Part shown: in pieces, positions 20,296-28,629 of the stretch
Layout: the number at the start of each line of letters is the position of its first letter
How positions within the stretch are numbered: position 1 is the stretch's first letter
DNA from: Paramecium tetraurelia
Lineage: Eukaryota
NCBI GenBank assembly: GCA_000165425.1
Contig: CT868076.1
Span: 62,001 to 90,629, forward strand
DNA length: 28,629 nt
Reading direction: 5' to 3'
Position numbers and translations under genes: made by a program
The notes under the pieces: model-generated
What the model was told of the DNA's origin: nothing
Databases searched by the model: none
What the model saw: the letters and a program-made list of their open reading frames with translations, nothing else

Positions 20296-22915
20296 TTGAC
20301 ATTTAATAATTACTACCCTATGTATAAATTATTTATATAAATTAATATTATATTCTAATATGATCAAATCATCAAATAGCCTAAGATGAATGTTAATAAT
20401 AACCCTTAAGCCGTATTAGTATTATTTGTATCATTGATTGTATTATTGATAGGACCATTTGGCTAATCTTTTTTGGTACAAACTTAGCATTTGTTTGCTG
20501 AACTATTCCATGTATATGTATATCCTGAAAGTTTAAAACAATCAGTTTATATTAATGTTGATGGATCAGTGGCTCTACATATTCCATTAATCATAGAACA
20601 TATTTATTATGATTATTTATCCCAATTAAAGAATCTTGAACAAGTTCCACTCACTTAATTATATGTACCACATGTATGATTTGTACATATACTTGTAATA
20701 CTAGAACTAGCTGCACTCCATGAACATCTATCTTATGCAGCTACACAAGCACTTTAATCATTATTTGCAGATGAACATGAATTCATTAAAGTACAAGTTC
20801 CACTATCAGCTACAGCCTATGCAGAAGTTGATTATGTAAATACACAAATTCCATCTAATCCACCAAAATTGCATGCTGTTTTAGTTGTGTAACTTGAACA
20901 TTTAGCCTTTGGGATACAAGACAGTTCCATTTGTGAAATGCAAGATGGTAAAGCAGCTTAACAAACATTAATGGATGTTCCCATTTTGAATATCAGCACA
21001 TGAAAGTAATCTACATTTGGCTGTATTATTATTTGAATCAGAACCAACCTCCCAAAAGCAAAGTCCATCATTTCCAACAGCTGTTGAACAAATAATTTAG
21101 GTTGAATAACTAGAACAATTTGTTTTAAGTAAACATTTAGTACCATCTGAAGTACATGTTGATAATTAAGAATTACAAATTGCATGAGTAACACCATTCA
21201 AATCAGAGCAAATTTAATCTCTACAACCACTTGTACTCAAATCCCATGTACAAACACCTGTTGAAGTTATAACACCAGATTCAACTACAGATCCTTTATC
21301 ATTTATCTAACATCCTGGTTAGGATTTATATGTTGAACATGCACCTAAAGGAATGCAACCCGTAGTTCCATCTGTTGTGCATTTTTTATTAGCAATTTAA
21401 CAATCTTTATGAGTTGCATAAAAGGCATCTGCACATGATTTAAATGGTTTACAAATCTTAGGATCAGAAGAATTCAAAGCAGGAACTAGATTAAATGCAA
21501 GATCCATCATACCCTGTAACACATCCACCATCAATATTTGTCTCAGTACATGTAGTTAATTCCAATACAATTAGTTCCATTTGTTGTACATTTATTACTT
21601 ATCAATTTACAAGATTCATCATTATTCCAAGCTAAACTCTTGCATGATGTATAAGTAAAACAAGCTCCTTTCGAACCATCACTATTGACAAACTTCTCAA
21701 TCCATAAACATGGTCCATTTGTGCCTTCAATAGAAGCTTCTCTAATAGTAGTTAATTCACAAGCTTTAAACTCTAGCACATCTACCATTTGGTCCAGCAG
21801 TACATCCTTATCTTTAAGTCTAACAAATGGTGTGAGTTGTTCCTATAAAATCTTAACAATCTTTATCTCTACACTCATTTAATGTATAATCCCATGCACA
21901 TATTGTACCATTTAATGCAGTTATACAAGCAGCATTTACAGAGGCAGCAGAACAACTTGGATTTAGTTACACACCCTCCTCCACTTTTAGTTGTACAATT
22001 TGTAAAATACTTTGTACAATCTACATCTGTTCATAAACTAATTGGGGCAGTGTTACATCTCTTAATTGTACAATATGCTGCAGTAGTTACAACATTTTAA
22101 GAATTTACGACATCTCGCATCCATTCACAACATTATCCAGTAGAAGATACAACACATCCTGCTTTCTCTTAACCTTAAACACATGTTCCTCTCGCTACAC
22201 AATTAATACCATTTCTTGTACATGTACATAACGCATAACTACATTATTCATCTGTTCTTAAAACATAGTCTTCACATAATTTAATTTTGCATCTTATAAA
22301 TATCTATTGTACATCCATATAAATAGTTATTGCATTATTCAGCTGTAGCTGTTTCTTCAGGTGCGTTTTCACAAGTCTTAGTAATACAATAATGTTCCAG
22401 TCCAATAACATGGTTGTCCAGTACTATTGTAATAACATTATTTCTGATTCATTAATTCACAAATCTCTGGAATATCTATACATCCTTATCCATCTGATGA
22501 GACTGTACATTTATTGTTGAGATAGGCTTTACATTTTGCATCATCATCAAATTCTGATGTTGCAGGAGCAGTAGAACAAGATTTATCATTACATTCTTTT
22601 CCATTCCAACCACAAGGATCTCCAGCAGCATTGATTCTTGCAATACTCAATACCTATAACTTAAGTTGAACAGCCAGCAGTTTATTAACATCCTCTTAGA
22701 ATTGGTTATCCACCATTAGCATCTGGACTAGCATACACTGTACATTTGATACTTGGTGTATTATAATATTTAAAGCAGTCATTGTGAGTTAATGTTGATA
22801 GTTAAGGAGCAGTTGTACATGACTTATCCTAACAAGCAGGTTCAGGTAAACTACTATTTGTATTCCAAACACAATCTATTCCACTTGCATTAGTTATGCA
22901 TTAATCTTTAATTGT
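20018..22915. repeat. Right arm of the inverted duplication (partner 1-2890)
   Basis: Reverse complement of 1-2890, covering the antigen 3' end, the 68-bp spacer and the last ~280 nt of the protease gene. Confidence 0.95.
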
Positions 22916-25900
22916 ATATGAACTACATGGTCCTCTTGCCATACAACCAGGAGCAGCTACTTTATTAAGTGCTCTGATTGTACAACCTAGATTTGAATCA
23001 ACTGCAAAGCATTTAGCATGAGTATTATATAAATTTGAAACTTCTATATTTGCACAAGCCAAATCAACACATGTCTTAACAGATGGATTCCAGAAACATT
23101 TTTTATCATTCATATCTAATTTACATTATAATGATGATTTATATAATGAACATGCAGTTTCTTACTTGACATCCACCTGCTCTTGCAACTGTACAAGCCT
23201 ATGAATAATTAGAACATTCTGTATCATCATCATGAGAAGCATCTGATGGAGCTGTATCACATCCTTTTCTAATACAAATAGAATTAAACACTAAGACACA
23301 CTCCCTCTATTGCATTTAGACATTAAGTAGATGATTAATCTGAACATTTTGCAGTCATGATAGTGCAACCATTATTAGTCTAATTTACTGTACAAGTTTT
23401 CAACCAAGAATAACAATTATCATGATTAAATGTAAAACCTGTGGCATTTGCACAAGTTCTAGCCATACATCCTGTACTTCCATTTACAGTACATCCAGCT
23501 TTGATTGCACTACAATTATCATGAGTATAATTGCCTGTTCCTAAAAATACTGTTTCACAAGTAGATGAACTTGAGGCAGGCACACATGCTGAATCATTAC
23601 TAGTGGATGCAATACATAATCCTTCTCCTGCTTGATAGCAACCTGTCATTGCAGTTGAATATCCAGAACATTATGCTGCTTTTTAAACACAAGCAGTTTT
23701 GGCTCTATTAACACTGCATCCCAAATTATATGATTAACAAATTTCATAAGTTAATGATACACCTGTAATCTTAGCACAATCGGTAGAAACATTTAAAATA
23801 GTAATACAAGTGCTTTGAATTATAGAGGTAGCATTTTCCATTTACAGAATAAGTACAAGATTCAGTTGTTCCTAAATACTATTCGCATGTTGACTTATAA
23901 TCTTAACATGAAGTGCCATCACTTAATGAGGTGCAGCCTTTGTTATAAGAGAAACATATATTATGATTCAGATCAGCCCCAGTAATTGTATTACAAGTAG
24001 TACCTGTTATTTTGTAGCAAGAATTTTCATACCATAAACAGGAACGTCTCATCAGCCTATGCAACACATGAAATTCTAAGTTGTATAATTCTTACAAATC
24101 TGTCTAGGAGTGTTAACATCCAGTACCATCCTATAGATTAAATACATTTACTATGATATAATTTACATCATGTCAAGGTTTGAGTCCCTGTCTTTCCATT
24201 CACTAAGCTGCATTAAGTAGAAGGATCTGAGATAGAAATGCATTTTAATGCTTCATCCCATATGCAATCTGCTGAACAATTTTCTCTCAAAGTATAACCT
24301 GAACAACTGATCTCTTTTACTAACAAGCAGTTCCTGAATAATTAACTGTGCAATCAGGATTATATAAAGCACATATATCTTTGGTCAGATTGCTACCAGT
24401 TACATAAACACAATCTGTAGAAGTATTGGTGACAGAAGAGCATTTAGAATGCCAGACACAATTACTTTATGGTCCAGAATCTTACGACCTAGTGCAATTG
24501 TCACTTTTTGTATACTCTGCACAAGTGTTTTTCATTTCCTAACAAGAGGTTCCTGCTTTATTTACAGTACATTTATTATTATAAGAGACACAAATATCAT
24601 GAGTTAAATTTGTACCAACTACATATACACAGTCAGTAGTTGGATCACTAACAGAAATACAACTAGATTTCCAAATGCATTTAGAACCTGAGGAAACAGT
24701 ACATGAATCCTAATTTTGGTAATCTGTACATAAGCTCTTTTTATCTTAACAAGCAGTCCCAGCTTTATTTGATGTGCAGATAGAGTTATACCCAGAGCAA
24801 TCGGAATCACTCAAACCTGAAGTTGCAGTAATGGCTGCACAATCAGTTAACAATCCTCTTACAGGAACACAATTTGAATTGAGATAAACACACCAATCGA
24901 AAGGAGGTTCAGCAGCTGATCTTACACAAGTTTCTTTTGTTGTATATTCCCCACAAATGGCTTTTTTTACTTGACAGCTAGATTAATATTTATTGCTTGT
25001 GCAACCACTATGATAAGATTCGCAAGAAAGATTAAAAAGTTACTTCGGAATATATTGACAGTCAGTAGCAGGATCTGTTACCGAGGTGCATTTTTCATTT
25101 TTCATGATGCATCCAGCTTTAATACATTTAAAAGAATCTACATATAATGAACAACTTTTTTATATTTCTTAACAACCATTTAACTCCAAACTTGCAACGC
25201 AGCCAGCATTAAAATTAGCGCAAATGGCATCTGTTGTTCTAAAAGAGGTGTCTATCAAAATTGTATCCATATAATCGCATTGACTTGGAGATGTTATTTT
25301 ATAACAGTACTAGTACTACCGTGTGCTAACGTCAAGCATTGNNNNNNNNNNNNNNNNNNNNNNNNNNNNNNNNNNNNNNNNNNNNNNNNNNNNNNNNNNN
25401 NNNNNNNNNNNNNNNNNNNNNNNNNNNNNNNNNNNNNNNNNNNNNNNNNNNNNNNNNNNNNNNNNNNNNNNNNNNNNNNNNNNNNNNNNNNNNNNNNNNN
25501 NNNNNNNNNNNNNNNNNNNNNNNNNNNNNNNNNNNNNNNNNNNNNNNNNNNNNNNNNNNNNNNNNNNNNNNNNNNNNNNNNNNNNNNNNNNNNNNNNNNN
25601 NNNNNNNNNNNNNNNNNNNNNNNNNNNNCAATAACTATCAAGCTTATTACTTCCTATGATATATTTGCACAGTAAACCAGATGTAAATGCTTAACAATGC
25701 GAACCATCCCAAATACAATTTGCTGCTGTACCTGATGCTGAGGATGTTGTACAATACGATTCTTCTGTGTACATACTACATTAAGCTTTTTTTATAAAGC
25801 AGCTATTTCCATCTGATGCTGCTGCAAAAGCTGGATTGAACTCTGCACAAATTTTACTTGACATTTCATAGTTATTTATAGATTCAGCAATTGTCAGAAG

Positions 25901-28629
25901 TGACATCATGATACCACAACTTCCATTATTCCATATGCATTTTCCTGCTGATCCAGTTGCCAATGATAAAGTGCATGAACTTTTCGTTAAATATAAACCA
26001 CATGAAGCTTTTTTCTCCTAACAGGCCGTCTTTTCGTAATTTACAGTACAATTATTATTGTAGGTAGCACAAAATGAATCTGTCAAGTAAGTTCCAGTTA
26101 TGTATGAACAATGAGTAGCAACTACTGTAACAGCAAGACAGGCTGTTCCACTCCAAACACATTAACTTGCTTTTAAGGCAGCTGCAGATATTGTGCATTA
26201 TTCTTGTGATGGGTATAAATCACATGTAGCTCTTCTATCTTAACATGCTGTTTTTTATTTATTTACTGTACAATCAGTGTTATAGGAATTACAGATTTAA
26301 TGAGTAAGGTTTGTTCCAGTAATTGAAAAACAATTAGAAAAACGCATACAATCAGAACCATTTAGATCATTTATATAACATTTACCTTATTAAGAGACTG
26401 TGCAATTATCAGTATTACCAGTATAAGCAGTGCAATTTGCTTTAAATTCTTAACACCCATTTCCTTTACCTAAAGATGTACATGCAATATTAAATGCTTA
26501 GCATTTAGCATGATCAAGTCCTGATCCACTTACAAGTGCACAATCAGATGCTGAACTCACTGATTAACAACTTGGTGGTGTGGCTTTATTCATGATACAA
26601 TTTGCTTGTGTTCCAGTTGCATTAGATTTATAACAATTTACATCTGTTGTACCATATCCTGCACATGTAGATTAAATTACAATACAACCACTACCATCCT
26701 TTTTAACCGAACAAGTTGGGTCTACATTTTAGCAATCTTAGAATGTCAATCCACTTCCAATTTTTAAAGTACAATCTAATGTACATGCAGTTGAAGTGCT
26801 AGCATTAGCTACATTTGTGCATCCTTATCTATAAGCTTTGCATATATCTTATGTTCCTTTAAACGTAGAACAAGGTCCTGTTGCAAAAGTTGATAATGAA
26901 TAACATATTCCATTAATCCATTTACAATCATCTTAAGCATTTAAATTTGATAAAGTCTTGTGACATTAACTGGAAGTCTTGTAATTTGAACAAACCGGTT
27001 ATTTTTGTACACATCCTTAAGATCCCACTTTTGCAATTATTGTACATGTTTCATTCTGAGTTTGATATTTAAGACATTCTTCATCTGAATCAAATAGATC
27101 AGAATCTGGAGTGTCATCACAAATTGCATTTCTACAAACTGTTCCTGTCCAATAACAATTCTCTTATGTAGATGTAATTTTACAATTCTATTAAATTTGA
27201 TATGAAGTGCAAGCAGAAGCTAATGGTATACATGCTGTGCCATCATCATTGACGGTACATTAATTGAATATATTATAGCAATCATTATGTGTTGTTAATA
27301 TTATATTAGTACATGTCTTTTCAACACAATTAGATCCATTCCAATAACAATCACCATTAGATTTCGATCCATCTTTACAATTTTACTGAACTAACTATGA
27401 ACAACTTGTGGGCTTAACCATACATCCATCTTAACTATTATTTGAAATGCAAGGATATGATGTTTAAGTACAACTACCTTGAGCATTAGTAGTTGTGCAT
27501 GTGCTCAAGTAACTTTAACAATTATCAAATGTGAATTACCCTTTTGAGAGTGCTCCTGGTGAACCTGATAAGTTTGCAGTTGTACAAGATTTTTCAACGC
27601 ATTTGTTTGATAAAGAATCCCAAAAACAGGTTGGAAATGCTGCTCTTGTGATATTACAATTTTCAGATGATTTTCTAGAATCGCAAGTTTTAGGTAAATC
27701 TTAGCATCCTTAAATAGTTGAGGTTCCATTTATTGTTATTGGATTATTAGCCACACAAGAAGATAAGTAAGCTTGACAGTCTGAAGTTGTTTAAATAGTT
27801 TTGGGAGCAGTATTGCAGGCTTTATCAATACATTAAGATCCTGTCCAACCACAAGATTATTTATTAGCTTTTATTTTGCAAGCAGCTTCTATTGTAATTG
27901 CTTCACATTTCAGAGGTAATGTAACACATCCTTTTCCAGTGTTGCTTAATGTACAACTTGAATAATAAGTTTGACATTCAGAATGAGATGTTATTGAATT
28001 TGAAGCCATTGCACATTATTTCATATAACACCTTGCTTTCCAGATACATATATTGTTGTTTAAATCTTTATCGCAAATTGATAAAGTTAATGAGTTTTCA
28101 CATGTTTTTTCAACACATCCTGTATTTGTAGAATTGACAGTACAGGTATTCAAAAATTATTAACATAGTTCATGACTATTATTACTAGAGGGAGCATTCG
28201 CACAAATCCTATCTTTGCAACTTCCACTTGCAGCATGCCAAAAGCAAGGTTATCCTAATGAATTTTTGATACAAGCAACTTCTATTGAGATTAGTGAACA
28301 AGTGGTGTTTATTGTACATCCACCTCCATTTTTGGTTATACATTTATTTGCAGGTAAATATGTTTCACATGCATCATTTGTATTCAATGTTATAGGAGCA
28401 TTGTCACATGTTCTCTTTTGACATCCTCCTCCTGATTACACAGTACAAGTAGATAAATAAGAAGTACATTAATCATGAGTAGTATTAGACTTTGGAGCAT
28501 TTACACATGTTTTTTCTTTGCAAGTTGAATCCCAAATACAATCAAAATTATTGATACTTTTAACACATGCCGTTGAAATATTAGCAGCTGAGCAATCTCC
28601 ATTTAGAACACATCTCCCCCTTACTTAGT
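20364..28629 (-). CDS. Large surface-antigen-like Cys-periodic gene (5' end outside window), frame-disrupted as assembled; pseudogene or error-containing sequence
   Basis: Continuous Cys-periodic repeats (CYWNGSNCVEKTC, CVEKTCENS, CTVNYEKTACQEKKASC) and the same C-terminus as the left copy; stop at 20364-20366. Many 1-2 nt insertions (~20933, 20981, 21488, 21557, 21960, 22299, 22390, 22650, 23159, 23295, 23815, 24045). In-frame TGA at 22031-22033 where the left copy has TAA (Gln). Confidence 0.88.
25342..25628. other. Assembly gap (287 N) inside the surface-antigen gene
   Basis: Run of N; the flanks on both sides encode the same repeat type on the minus strand. Confidence 0.99.

Noticed and set aside
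1..22915. Interpretation as a giant transposon with terminal inverted repeats
   Set aside because: The arms are antigen and protease coding sequence. No transposase, integrase or reverse-transcriptase motif was seen inside, and the outer ends are not visible.
25280..25675. ORFs made mostly of X
   Set aside because: Artefacts of the N gap.
1..28629. CRISPR arrays, rRNA/tRNA genes, telomeric repeats, retained IESs
   Set aside because: No repeat-spacer array, structured GC-richer RNA gene or G-rich telomeric tract was seen. Gene interruptions outside the antigen copies are mostly GT..AG introns, with no convincing TA-bounded insertion.

Overview
AT-rich eukaryotic DNA that reads in the ciliate nuclear code (TAA/TAG = Gln, TGA = stop), with 20-29 nt GT..AG introns and intergenic gaps often under 60 bp. 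This points to a Paramecium-type macronuclear genome (inferred from code and intron size; species not determined). The supplied ORF track uses the standard code and is mostly misleading. Both ends of the window hold inverted copies of a Cys-periodic surface-antigen (i-antigen-like) gene with a GPI-type tail. Positions 1-2890 (+) mirror 20018-22915 (-), and the right copy runs over 8.2 kb to the window edge across a 287-N gap. Between the arms are a choline-transporter-like (SLC44/CTL) gene, two divergent tandem coiled-coil paralogs, a double cNMP-binding protein, hypothetical genes, an IQCE-like coiled-coil protein and a short RIB43A gene. There is also an unusual, nearly intronless gene encoding a split VWA domain, a papain-like (C1) Cys protease and a C4 zinc ribbon, with no signal peptide or prodomain. 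The 3' end of that protease gene was co-duplicated with the antigen and survives as a fragment at 2615-2890. All translations were done by eye and no database searches were run.
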